64,000 bases of DNA, from NCBI RefSeq assembly GCF_964355755.1, contig NC_092672.1:36090437-36154436 (forward strand), in the 5' to 3' direction. The stretch comes from Antedon mediterranea (Eukaryota; Animalia; Echinodermata). The notes under the pieces are model-generated. The model was not told the DNA's origin, made no database searches, and worked only from the letters and a program-made list of their open reading frames with translations. A program made the position numbers and the translations under genes. Of the stretch, positions 40,570 through 54,612 are shown one piece after another (position 1 is the first letter of the stretch; each line of letters starts with the position of its first letter).

Positions 40570-43500
40570 TAGCCTTGACATCTGATGTTAAAAAACTAAA
40601 AAGAAAACCTCAAACTATAAAATGGTTAGGATTGCGCTTACGTAATTTTATTGGCGATAAAATATTGGTTGTAAAATTATGAATCACTTTGAAGTGAATA
40701 GTGTCACTATCGAATTCTATTGAAATCACTGCACATCTTGGTTTTTATATTTTATTTCTAACATATGTTGATATGTACAGTATAGGCCCATTTTTTTAAA
40801 ATGTTTTATGATACATTTTTATAGAGCAAATTACACATGTTGTGCGTTTTATATTCACAAATCAATTTTAATGGTGTACCAGTGTAATACATTTATCTTA
40901 ATTATGGATTTACGCCAGGCATATTTCAAAGAGAAGAGTGGTGGTGTAGGCCTACGCATCCCTCCCCCACCACCTCATCCCTTGCGAAGTTAGCATAAAT
41001 TCTTATCCAGTAATAATGTGCCATAAAATTGTCTTTAGTGAATTCATTCGAGTGCTAACGAATTAATCTTTTATTAAATATAATATTTTTGATGGATTTG
41101 GATATTTTTATTTAAGTATAATTATATATTTATATATATATTGTATAATTCAACTAATAAAAGCTGTAACAGTATTTTATCAGTAAATAACAACTATAGT
41201 TAGGCGAACTCTATTTACACAATACTATAACAATATTTAATTTCTATAATAATTTAGCATTATTTTGTAAATTTTTTAAACGTAATATAATTTCGAATGT
41301 CACTTGTACACGGTTAAAATTATACAATAATGGGTTGAAATACGTGCCTAAAATACAGTATACAATTAAAACAATAATAATAGCTAAATAACAAAATGGG
41401 ATAAATTCGTGAAGTTACAACGACCTTAAATTTCTGCTCAAGTTATTTTAACATTACTCAATATAGCATGTCAAACAGCATATTAAGGCACCTTGTAATC
41501 TCAAATTATTAAGTTCATTTAAAATTGCCTTAGATTGGTATTCCCAGGTTGGTCTAGAATCTAGTTGAGTCGGCGCCAGTGTAGCTTTCTCCGAGTCTTC
41601 ACCCGAGGCATTTCCTAGGCCTAGCGGTCCCTAGGCCTACATATCTTAGATTTGATAAATCTTCACACGGTTTGTTTGTCTTAGGCCTAATCCTCTTTAA
41701 TTCCACTGGAAATTGATAATATTGGTTGCCATGATATTCATACCAGGAGGTGGCTAACCTATTCATTTTTCTAAGCCACTACACCGCACATTTTTAGCGA
41801 TTTCGTGTAAAATCTTGAAAAATTGTAATTTGATTTTAAAACGGTTAAAACATGAAGGCGCCTCAATACTTTTAAAATATGAATTATGATGATTTTATGA
41901 TGCATTTATTACTAAGCAGTTCAATGTTCAAGAGCTGATGAAGATCGATATTGTCCAATCTTATCGATATGATATTTTTAATTTGATATTTATATTATGG
42001 TATTTTTTCATTAAAATATTGACACTCAGGTGATCAATATTGTTGCCACTTTCACGAGAAGGGAAATATAGTTAGAGCCTTTTCTTCGTCTCCCTGGACC
42101 TGCGCATGACATTTGTATGGGTCTATTATCTTTTATTAAATTTTCAACTCAGTATACAGTTAACATAGTATTTCATAATAATAACAACAGCACATGCGTG
42201 CGATAACGATATAATTAATGTTTATGAAATGAAATGTGGAGTTTCGTATCGGTTCATCATATTGGTCATCTTCAGTCTGGAATGTGTGTGTTTTTTAGTG
42301 AAAACATTTTCCTCTGGTTTCGATTAGTATCATTAATTCTAAACCAGTAAAATGACTATACGTGTTGACGAAATTGTGTTGACGCGTAATTTTTTTTAAT
42401 TATTATTATTTAGGCTATATCAAAATATATATAGGCCTATATTTTTTAATTTTAAGGTTGCATGTCCTGCTAAATTATTATAAATGTAGTTAAATTTCTT
42501 ACAATGTTGATTGAGGATTTTTATTTATTTCTCACATCCGAGTTTACCTTGGCTGTGACTTGTTAAAGAGCAGAGCTTAGGTTTTGTATCAGAAAGAAAA
42601 CCCGACAATAAGCTAGCCTGTAAGGCAGCAAAAAGCTAGGATGTGTCATGTACCCTTGGGCACTTGATCAACACAACTTACGATTATTAATATACATTCC
42701 AAAAAGCATAACACCATCAACAAACCTGGCAGTTTTTTTTCTCTTTCGTGGCGTAAACACCACTTTTATTCACATTCATATTATCTTTCATGTCATTATA
42801 TAAAATCATATTATATATCACATTTTTGTTAATTCCAAATGTCATTACAATTTGACAAACTTCATCAGTAACATTTTTAAATCTTTGTATTCCGTATTAC
42901 CTCTTTTTTTCATTAGCTTTCTATACACTTACGAAAGAACTTTAAAAATGTATTACAAAGACGTTTGGTCCAAATAACCTTTTTGTTTCCAAGCATCGTT
43001 ATAAAATATTTAGTTTCATTATACATGATCATTATCATCTATCTCATTTTACATTTATAATAAATAAATAAATAAAATAAATGTTTACCTTTAAGATGGT
43101 TTATTTTGGGCATTATGTATATCTATTTATTTATTTAATTTGGACACTCCACCTTTAGAACGGTGGCACTCACAAAAAAACAAAAACCATTTGTGGTGCG
43201 GTAAAAAAAACAAACAAAACATAACATCAACAAACGTTAAATTATGTACAGTATAAAAAAAAAGAAAGAAAGGGTACCGTATTTACAAAGCAACAATACA
43301 GGAGTGAATACAAAAATAACTAAAGGTTTTTTAGTTCAGATCGTCTCCCAAGCAGCTCTTAAGCATGTAAAAAGAAAGCAATGACAGAAACTACATTGGC
43401 ATCACATTTATAATGTAACAACAACACCTCAACATTCTAACAATTATGTTATATATTTTAAAGTACATTAACTCGAAGTACATGTACTTTAGTATAATAC

Positions 43501-46350
43501 TCTTTCAGATATATTAAACTTTGACGACAAACTAATAAAGAACCCGACAATGTTTATACAACATAAGTTCCGTTGTGAATGAGAATGAGAATGAGGACGA
43601 CAACCAAAATAGTTGGCAACCATAATTTGACGTGACCGAAGCTTTTGGCCTCTTTTTGCTACCTCTCGGCACAAATGTGTTGTTTATTTATTTGCCAACA
43701 TTAATAAATAAAATGATACGTATACGTCAGTGTTAAAAGCGACTCGTTATCAATAAAAAACTCATTTTAATAAGCATTAATATTAATTATCTGTGACTTT
43801 TGTTAATAAATCAGGCTACTGATCTGGTAATAATCATTCATATTCCAGAGAATAAGAAGAAATAAATTCATTAATTTTTCAAATACTATTTTTAAAAATA
43901 TATAATGAAAATAATTTTATTTTTAATTCAAAACAAACAATTGCAAATAAAAAATCAAGAATGTAAATAAAAGTTTGTAAAAATAAAAATAATTGTGTGT
44001 GGGAAGAACCGTAAATTAAGTACTGGTAACTTAATTTATGACGTAATAACTTGATGAGCGTCGATATGATCGGAGCGTACCGTAATTAAATAATCATATC
44101 TACCACAAGTACAAAAGCAACAATATCTAAATCATATTTATTGTTATTTTAGATGATAATTAGTAGCATGATTATGTAGAATAATAGTCTACAATGACGT
44201 CAATTGGACGTAACCAAAACGTGTAATGTAACGTATACAACAAAGAAAATGCTTTAACAATAACAACTAGAGTTGTTAATGTAAGCATATAACGGTATTA
44301 TGTTTTGCAAGTTGTATGTGTTTAGATGTGAACTCGTACTTGATATCACATGATGGATGATCCACAACGTTTAAATATTTCATAATAATTATTGTGTGTT
44401 TTGTGATATTTCCTTAATATCCTAGAAGATCGTGTAATCTAAGTCATTCTGACGGACATTCTCATTTGTGTGGATTGTGTCTCGTCGATTTCTTACACTA
44501 ACTTTCCTTTTGCGTACTTAATTTAAGTACTAACTCGAATTTTACCTGCACCAGTTCGTGAGGTTTTACTTGATTGTGGGAAAATTAAGTTTATCTCTTC
44601 AGGGTCTTGGATCTACGCAAGTTATCCGCTAATGTCAATTTATCGTAGTGTTTTTATCAGAGGTTAAACGCCGTGCAATCTTGGACGGCCGCGTCTCTCT
44701 AGAGAGATCTGCCTGCGTTTTCTGAATTCGTTTGTCGCGTAACAATGCGTTTATAAGCGGACGGATCAAGAAAGTTGGAAATAAAGCTTAGATGGATTCA
44801 CAGTAAAGAAGCGGATCGGTAGATAAATATTTTCTAATGGTTTGTTTCGTGTTGTTTTGAAAGTTTTAAGATTAATGATTTGTAAAAGATAACATTATAT
44901 CGCAGAAGTTTAGTTAAAAATGAACAAACAGGCCGGCCGATCGTACAGGGACAAGTCAAAGATAATAACATTAATACAATTAAATTAAGAAAACAATAAC
45001 AAACTAACGGGAATTATTGTTAACGCGAATATTATTACGGAACTATGCTAATAATTACGTAACACTTGGCCACATAAAATATGACGCGCAGGCACACGTA
45101 CAAAAACATACCATCATTTAGTAAAGGCGCGCGCCTAATGTGTTTATTACAAAATCCATACAAAACGTGTTGTTCGTTTGTACGGTACATTAACAAATTG
45201 ATATAGGGTATTGCTACCGTTTGAGTTGTATTTGACGTTTAATCTCCAACTGTTTTATACAGTAGGGCTACAGTATTGTACACATTATTATTAAATTAAG
45301 AGTTACGAAATAATCGTTGAGTACATTGTACACATTTGTTTCTGTGAAGTGAATAACGTTTTCAAAGTGACCTATTCAAATGATTAGAATTGTTCCTTCC
45401 TACTTTATTATGAACGTAGGCCTACTGTATTGGAATAAAGGGCGAAAATGTACGCGTGCCAGTGTCAATGAAGAATCTTCACGAGCATTTTTTTTCTATA
45501 GATGACAATTTTGTAAAACAAACTGATGAACAAGAGTTCAGCGAACAGTTTATCTGTGTAATTTAGCGTCTTTTACAAGTGTTTACTTTGTGTACTATCA
45601 ACACTTGTCTTAATAACATTAATCTGTAAACACATCACAACCTAATTACAACAAAACCCCTTAATAATGGCAACATACAAACCAATGCACAATAGTAATA
45701 CATGGTCAGATCGTCTTCTTTATTGTTATCATAATTATTAACAGTTATTAGACGAAATTAAGCGCCAACAATAACAAGTTGCAGATGCAACTGAACACGG
45801 CTGGCGAAACTTAATCTCTATGAAAATATTTACAAGTATCTAAAGGCTTAAAAGAAGACATTTCGTTCTGATTTATTTTTCTTATGATTAAAGCTAAACG
45901 CAAATATATCAAGTGGTTCATAACGCGCTGACTGTTGTAATAATGTTTCGCTTTTATTACTTATTGATCGATATCAATCTCTAGTTGTGAATAATAATAA
46001 CGTCACTAAGCTGTAATACTTTTGCTAAGCATTGAACGTAAGAACGTTTAACTCTAAACGAAACTCTATGCAATCAATTTTGAGCTTCTTTATTTCTCTT
46101 TATTTCGTTATTGACTACTCTTGAAATATTTATTTATTTATTTATATTTACCTTTGATTTTTTTTGGTGGAACCTTAAAGCCATCTGGGCTTACTTTTTC
46201 TCCAACATAAGTGCACTCTCATTTTACATAATGATGTATCTTATGAAAATAAAATTGAATTAAATGGAAAACTTTGGCGGCAACTTGTGCTATAGATAAT
46301 ATTTGGTCTAGCAAACGTAGCAACTTTTGGTTTCTTTCTTTTAACCTTGG

Positions 46351-46511
46351 TCTAATAGCAACATTTTTCTATAGCAACTTTTTTTCTATAGCAACTTTTT
46401 TTCTATAGCAACTTTTTTTATAGCAACTTTTTTCCATAACAACTTTTTTCTATTGCAATTTTTTTCTGTAGCAACTTTTTATCTAAAGCAACTTTTGTCT
46501 ATAGCAACTTT
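46351..46511. repeat. ~16-bp minisatellite, ~10 copies
   Basis: Unit CTATAGCAAC(T)5-7. Confidence 0.9.
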
Positions 46512-47369
46512 CAGCTAAATATAGATTAATTTACAAAAAAAGAGTAATGATTTGTATTAACTATGCGAAATTACTTCCGGTTATTATAATTAGCGTAAGT
46601 TATTGTTCGGATTCATGTACAGGTACCTCAATATCGTCTTACATTATTACGGTATCAATAATTTCTACACTGATGGTTCAAGTTAAATGAGGCGGCTTTG
46701 AGAGGTGTTCGTCTGCCTCATTATCGAATACATGTTTGTTTATCTAGGGCTAGGATTCCACATTTTACATCATGGTCTTTTGTGTATTGATTATAACACA
46801 GACTTAATTCTGAAAACAATCCGAAAACAAAACAATAAGTTAAATAACGAAGCCAGTTGTTTTCTTAAATGAGCTTAATTAAAAGATATGAACAGATTTC
46901 TGATGACGCAAAACAAAAAATGCGCGCTCTATATTGACGTCATCACAAATCTAATTGCAAATTAGATAATAATATGATTACTGAATACAAAGTTCTAAGG
47001 CTAAATTATTCAGTAGAAAATATTAATATTATTTTTTCGAGTGAATTTCGTTTAACCAATTTATTTATAAATATATTATTATTAATATAATTTATTTTTT
47101 ATTATATTTTCGTGATAACACTATAAGCATCTCAGTATTGATTTTAAAAGTACATCACATTATATACATATTTAAAATTTTTTTAAAAAACAAGGAAAGA
47201 GATGACCTAACAATTATTTAGGCCTGTTGTTCATTTATTGTTCATTTAATGATGTCATTATTATTAAACACATAAAATATGTTAGAGTTATATAACACGC
47301 TATACTATTAACATTATGTAAAGTTTTATTAAAACAAAACATATTCATCAAATCAATTAGACGTAATAA

Positions 47370-47465
47370 TGCGCAATAATTCGTTACTGCCACCTAACCA
47401 AAGCGCAATAATTCGTTACGAAACCTTGCCCAATGCAGTAATTCGTTACTGAGACCTAACCCAAA
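47370..47465. repeat. ~32-bp tandem repeat x3
   Basis: GCAATAATTCGTTAC....CCTAACC(C)AA occurs three times. Confidence 0.75.
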
Positions 47466-48829
47466 CGGATCCATCATCCCCCTTAAAACCTTGTTTTAAC
47501 AACTACGATTCGATGACATTGATTTTTTTCTTGAAATATTTTAACTTAAACATTTAAGTAATATAATTTCTGGTTCAGAGCAGAAAATCACAAAACTAGG
47601 CCTTTTTTATATTAAGAGGGAGAAAAGGTAATCCCGGAGAGGGTTTCATTGTATACGTATTATAAATAATCGCTCATATTTGACTTCCAAAACTGCCGTG
47701 GAACAAGTTAAAAATGTTAGGCCTAAAATCTACCATAAAACTTTTACATTTATATTGTGTATTCTGCCATATAAAGTTCACGTTGTTTTCGCTGTTAGAG
47801 GGCGACAAACATAAACAATGATACCGAATCGATAAATAGTTGTTTATATTAAATGTACATTTTATATACGTTCAGATATTTTGTTTATTTGTTATACTGT
47901 ACAAAGTTTAACAACATTAAATTAGATTAATATTACAATTTTTTAAATAAATTATCTGCTAGTAATTTTTATTGAAAATACAGACTAAGATCAATTACAT
48001 TCCATAGATTTAAATATTTAATATTTACGATTTAGTGATACAGACCTAGGTTATAATGTAGTTGGTCTGCACCTCTCAGCACGATCTGTATCCATACACT
48101 CGGTACTCTAGGATGTTAGGCCTAAACTTGAATCACCAAGCTACCACAGCATTGAACTTGAAGGCTGGACGGCAGCTGAAACCCCGGTGTGAAAAAGCCG
48201 AGCGACGGTCTTAATCCAGGAGACTTAGGCTTAGATTAAACTGATAACACTCTGCGATTAAATCATGTTTATGTGAAACGAATTTTCAAAGATGGTTTAA
48301 AGTGTTTTTGTTTATTGACTAGTTCTCTTTCTAGCGTGAGATACATACTTATCAGTCTTTGTTTTAAGCTTAGTAATAATAGATAAAAATCTTGACGACA
48401 CAAGAGTTACTAAAACCCACTTTGGACCGCATTTAATTTTCCGGTTCTCATTTTGTAATCGTTAAGTTGATTGTGTGCCGCCGTAATGAAATCTCTCATC
48501 GATTGAAGATTTATTTATGCTTTATTTATTGAAGGTTTATTTATGCTTTATTTGTTGCATCTCAATTTTCTCTAAAGTGTATAATAATGATAGTTCTATT
48601 ATAGTTCTACAGAGTAAATTTAGTTTATCAACAAAACAAAAATTAAATAAGATAAATAAAATCAAATGTTTATTAGGCCATTTTGTAGGCCTAGTTTTAA
48701 TTAAAATATTAAATTCATCATAATTGTATATTATAATTATAATCAAAGAGCGAACATAAATTTGAATTTCAATAAAAGATTTTAAAATATACGTACTTTC
48801 TTCATTTATAGAAAACCGATTGGTTTTAA

Positions 48830-48992
48830 AGCTTGGTTTCCACTAGAGACGCAACGCAATGACGTAGAGACGTAACGCAAGCGAGTTGACAAATGACAAG
48901 CGACAGTTGGATGAGCAATCGCTTTTGATTGGTCAAATCACTTACGTTGCGCGTACGTCCTTGCGTTGCGCGTCTCTAGTGGGAACCAAGCA
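48830..48992. mobile_element. Palindromic MITE family A with TAA TSD (PIF/Harbinger, Tourist-like)
   Basis: TAA|AGCTTGGTTTCCACTAGAGACGCAACGCAA...TTGCGTTGCGCGTCTCTAGTGGGAACCAAGCA|TAA; the arms pair over most of the length. Confidence 0.85.
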
Positions 48993-49017
48993 TAACGGGC
49001 TGTCATCTGTAAAACTA

Positions 49018-49172
49018 GCCTCTGTCTACACTATCAAACTGTGACAAAACAATGTGATGTGCCAATATATGGACATAATGATGTTATAGGGCTACCACTA
49101 ACATAATTATTTGACAATATTACTACTATATTTGCGGAGATTTTAGTCAAGTTTGATAGTGTAGACAGAGCT
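49018..49172. mobile_element. MITE family B (Harbinger-like)
   Basis: TIRs CTCTGTCTACACTATCAAACT / AGTTTGATAGTGTAGACAGAG, followed by TAA. Confidence 0.82.
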
Positions 49173-49399
49173 TAAAATAAGTCTTCCAAGCTATTCATAG
49201 GTTTATATATAGGAATACATTACAACCAGACTTACACTAAATTAAAAACACATATTTGGGCATATTTTACTACTATATTTTGGGCACTTTTTTTGTCAAA
49301 CTAGTATTAGTGTAGTCAGAGCTTAAAATAAGTCTTGCAAGCTATTCATAGGTTTATCTAGGAACACATTACAACCAGACTTGCACCAAATTAAAAACA
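49116..49399. repeat. ~145-bp tandem duplication of the MITE B right end plus flank
   Basis: ...GTGTAG(A/T)CAGAGCTTAAAATAAGTCTT(C/G)CAAGCTATTCATAGGTTTAT...ATTACAACCAGACTT...AATTAAAAACA occurs twice. Confidence 0.85.
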
Positions 49400-52300
49400 T
49401 GTCATGAAACGATAAATTGGGGTAGACGACATTTATCGGTAGGCAAGATCAATAACAGTGAGCATTGATATGTATTTGCCATAGACGGTTTGCAAGATAT
49501 CTAAAAATAAATAAGCTTAGATACCATTGGGTATTCAAGTGAAAACTTAAATTAAATACTGTGACTGGGGTCGATGAACATGTTCCCATTTTCGTTCCCA
49601 TAGGAGTTTGTATACCATTAGAAAAGAAACCTTAAATCAATGCTATGAGAACACCGAGCCAATACAATACTCATGCCCTAACGCTGCTTAGCTTTTCACG
49701 AGAAGTCACAATATTAAAGAACGGGGCTGAATAAGTAACAGGAAGTTGTAATGAGGGGAAGAGAGGGCGTCATAAAGTCGAGCGGGAGTCCCCTACTGAC
49801 CAGTGTTCAACCTAGTACCAGTGGGACCATAACCATTGACTATGATAGGACGTAATGTAATCCTAACAAGGATCGAAAGCCTATCACATCTTCCCTCTTA
49901 AAGACCTCATAGTGTACGTTAATTTCCTGATAAAGAATCTTATCAAAACTTTATTTAAAAAGTCAAATAGGCCAAGAGGAGATTTATTCTGATTTGGGTA
50001 ATTAGCTTCATTGATTACAAGGGAGAATTACTAGAGACTAAATGCCCTCTTGAGACCAAGGGACATTCACTAAATTCTTTAGAAAGGAAACTCGGGACTT
50101 GGTTCATCAAAAATGTACTATCTCTGTACGTGCTACACTTTTTTGGTAATTATCCTCAATGATTTTATAATAGTTTTGAAAATATCCAAAAAAAAAGACA
50201 GGTTATGACATTTGGAATCTGTTTAACTGTATTAATATTACATTTTTTTATAAACTCAAAACATTTTTGCATAAGCTTAGTACACAAACTAAAAATCTGA
50301 AATGTTAAACATTGTTTTAATAGTTTTTTCTTCACTGAATTGTTTTTGTAACTTTGCTATCTTTCCGCCGAATCTGATTTGTGATTTGTACTAAGTTTCT
50401 TCAATTTCATCTTTCTTAATTGGTTACTTAATAATTACTATTTTCTTGCTATCGAGGTTTGCAATTGTGGATAAGCCTAAAAATAATTGTTACTTTATAT
50501 TTAGGAAGATTTGTTATAAGGAACACTTATGGGACTCTGTCGTCAGGACATTAACTAATAATAATGTAGTAAAATTAAACATACTTCAGAAAAATTATGA
50601 ATTAATTTCTTAATGGTCAAAGTTCAAATTTGTACCAAAGTCAACAGTTTTCAATAGAAAGCGTTTGAAGTTTGAAATGTAACGAATAAAATCATTGATA
50701 AGTGTCGTATGCTATTACAAATATTATGTAGGCTCTTAGCAGCAATTGTGTCCCTTAATTGAGTCTTCCTCTGTGGATAGTCGGGTGACTGTGTAGGTCC
50801 ACCATCTGGCCTAGCTGAGACGTGAGTTGGACTCGTCACCCGCCTAAACTAGGCTGTTACAGCTTGTAATGGGAAATGCTTCGGTCCCTCAGGGACTCAT
50901 ACCACCTGTGGTGGAGAGTTACATATCCATCTAAATCACTGGAATTTCTTTCAAACTATCTTTTTCAATAGAATGTTACACGATACAGTTATTGCTCTTT
51001 TCCTGATCTGTGATATGCTCCCATCTGGGCTTTTGCAAGCGAACATTCGCCATGGCTGACTGGCCAAGTTCAACAAATTACTGTCAATATTTCGTATAAT
51101 CAGTCATGAACGTTCACGACGTTTACCCGTGTTGTTTTGTTTTGTTTTTTTACTTGCTACGACTGCTAATGGAAAGTTGTCAAAACTAAAGCATACTTCA
51201 CTATCTGCAAGGCTCTGCTCTTGTCAACTGTTAAAACAGATGATTTTAACCTGTGAAAAATAATCCTTCGGTCTTAGCTAGGTTATAACCTGGTCTAGAT
51301 ATGGAACCAGGTGTCAGTTCATGTCAATAGGAACTGTGCGCAATTGTAAATGAAAGATAAACGTGTACAGCGCGTACACGTCACAAACAAACATCAGCAG
51401 TTTCTGTGCGTGCGCGCATCTCTGCATTTATACGCAGACACCAGGTGTTTCTTTGTGGTGTCACTGTCAGCGTAAAAAATAAAAAACATCTCATTGGATG
51501 TCACGGAGATATAACCCGTTTGACGATTCATAAGCGAGTGTGTCGGTGTTGTTTTTTTTTAAATATCAATTTCGTATTCACCATCAGATTAGCAACACTT
51601 TCTAAAAAAAACAAAAACAGTTTTGTGAAAAGTTAACCTTTAAAACATTTATTGTTTGTGCATCATGTAACATTCAGATAAACTTTTATAAAAAGCGGAA
51701 ACTTAGAGGGCGGAAATTGACATATGAAAGGCGCAACGGGTCATTACTGTGTCGTGTTTATAATGTTTAGTTTTTCTGTGAGTAACTCCTTGCGGACCAG
51801 AGGATCCCAACTTATTACAGAACGGCACGAATATCTGCAATTTATACAACTAGTTAAAACATGGCTTTCGTTTCTTTATCCGGAAATATTCAAGTTGTGA
51901 AACAGCACTGACCTTGTTTTAGTCTCATATCGCAAACAAGTTCTTCCACTGCGTTTTCATGATCGCTGTATAAGTCGAAACATTTAGGTCTAAAAATCTC
52001 GGAAACTGTCGTCAATTTGAATGTGTTTCACTATTATAGATAGAATTCAATCAGCGATCAACTCTTTTACATACTTTACAAGTTCAAATTAACCGGATTA
52101 ATGTGTTGACTTGTTTTTAATTGTAGGCGACATTATCTTGCAAAATAATGTTCAGTTTTGATAAATTTGATTTTATTCAGTGACGTCATCCTTCTCGTTG
52201 ATATTGCAGACAAATAGAGTTACATATTTCTAATGCTCAATTAACATTTTTAATAATTTTATACGTACATTTATCTATAATAATATTCCTGACATTTGTT

Positions 52301-52560
52301 TTTTTCAATTAGAAGAAAATAGATTGAAAGACTAGACTATATATTTTAAATAATAACTTGGGTGGCAGTTAAAACATATTATTTCATTAAACATACTAGT
52401 TGATAATATCACAGTGGTTGATGTAGGTAAAGTACAGTGAAATAAAAGCTAGTATAGTTTGTATTTTGTTTAAAAGAGCTTTTAATTCATTCGGTTTAGA
52501 CTCAAATTATTAAAGATCGGACGTAAGCAACTCAACAATGGATGTCGTCGAAACTGTCGC

Positions 52561-52653
52561 TTGCGTTGCGCGTACGCCCGGTTGTGTTGCGCGTACGCCC
52601 GTTGCTTTGCACCTACGCCCGGTTGCTTTGCTCGTACGCCCGGTTGCGTTGCG
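52561..52653. repeat. 21-bp minisatellite (~4.5 copies) derived from a MITE A arm
   Basis: Unit TTGCGTTGCGCGTACGCCCGG, preceded by ACTGTCGC; both match MITE A sequence. Confidence 0.75.
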
Positions 52654-54198
52654 GAGATAGAAAGCTTTTTCATCAATATAGCGATTCTAAAATTATCTTC
52701 AGCAAAATTATAAACATTTCAAAACAATTATGAATTAATTTGTAATGTCAAAATTCGAATGCAGTTTAAAACTCTTAAGTAACATATACAAAATAATGTT
52801 TCTTATAGTTTCAGTTTGATAATACATCGGAAATTGATGTTTCGGGAATGATAGAATGTTAATAATCTTGATTTCGGTACACCCCCTTAAGTAACCAATG
52901 ACATTCACTAATGTTCTTATAAGACCACATTCCTATGGGACTACGCTTAGTTTGACATCAGATTCGCAGCGTGTGACTTGAAACGGAAGAAGGGATTTTC
53001 ATTTCTAAGCCCCAATTATAAAAAGTGTAAGAGAGTCTATGCGAGCTTAAAATGTTACTGGCGGCTAGAAATGTCACAGTCAAGGGCACCACGGACTGTT
53101 AGCGGTATTCCTTAGATATTACTTATTATGGATTTATCTATTGAACAACGCGTATTTATTTGTTTATTTATTTCTTATTTTTTTTACCGATTTATGGTTC
53201 TAAATATTATATCAAATTGACATTTTTTTCCTTTTGAGATTATAACTTTATTTTAATTCCAATTATTTCATTATATACACGCACTTATATTCGATGGAAT
53301 CTAATAAAATAAATACCCGGAAGTGTTTCTTCTTATTTTTTTTCTATATATCAATTTTTTTGTTGATAAGTATAATATTGACGATCCTCTTGCCTTAACA
53401 TTGAATGTTCGTGTTTTAAATGTAGGCCTACCATATCTGGTTGTAAAACTAAATTAATTTAGAAATATCTGTTACCAAGCCTATACTTTTTTTGGGTAAA
53501 AGCCTCTAAGTTTTTTAACTAAAATACAATTGTTTAACTTCGGTGTTTATTATTATTTAGTATTATTTCAGTCTTCACCATGTAAATCACGCATTATTAG
53601 ACGAGATTATAGAGGACTATCCGGCCGAAAGCTTATCCAAATCAGTGGAATTAGAATCCACCGCCACAGAATTCAAGCAAGTTAAAGAAAACAAATGGCA
53701 GAAATAATGATTGTTTGTAATGTGTTTATGCCACTTGGACATATAGAACGGAAGCTAGCACGTAAAAACGGCTTAACACGTCAACAGATAGATTTAAGTG
53801 ATGCAGGGTGACTGAATAGCACAGCTGAATCTACGCCAAAGGACAACCTGTGTGTTTATCCTAGTCTCATTAAAACCTCATATAATGCGGATCAAATTAG
53901 GATTAGGGAGGATTAATAGTGTAGATGGCAGGCGAGGCTGTTAGTCTTTCAGTATTAGTTGAATATCTTCCCTCAATCGCGAGGTGCCTAGAGAGTGATC
54001 TGCTAGCTGATTCTAGCCTCTATACCTCCCTGCTAGAAATGTCATAAGTTGTGTTACCATGTTGGACTATCCAACAACATTTTGGTTATATGATTCATTA
54101 TCAACAAAATGTGAATTGAATATGACAATCATTATTATTGGATATCATTTCATCTTTAAAAGAAAATAAATAAATCGATATACAAGTTGATGAAATCA

Positions 54199-54612
54199 TG
54201 GACCTATAATTGTACACGTGATGAATGATACGCGCGCGTCAACTTGGACCTACAATTGTACACACATGATGAATGATACGCGCGCGTCAACTTGGACCTA
54301 TTGTATACATGATGAATAATACGCGCGCGTTAACTTGGACCTATTGTACACGAGATGAATGATACGCGCGCGTTAACTTAGACCTATAAATGTACACATG
54401 ATGAATGATACGCGCGCGTTTATTTTGCCCTATTATTGTTGTACACTTGATGAATGATACGCGCGCGTTAAGTTGGACCTATAATTGTACACATGATGAA
54501 TGATACGCGCGCGTCAACTTGGACCTATAATTGTACACGTGATAAATGATACGCGCGCGCCAACTTGGACCTATAATTGTACACATGACGAATGATACGC
54601 ACGCGTCAACTT
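54199..54612. repeat. ~46-bp minisatellite, 9 copies, each with an ACGCGCGCGT-type palindrome
   Basis: Unit TTGGACCTATAATTGTACACATGATGAATGATACGCGCGCGTCAAC. Confidence 0.95.
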
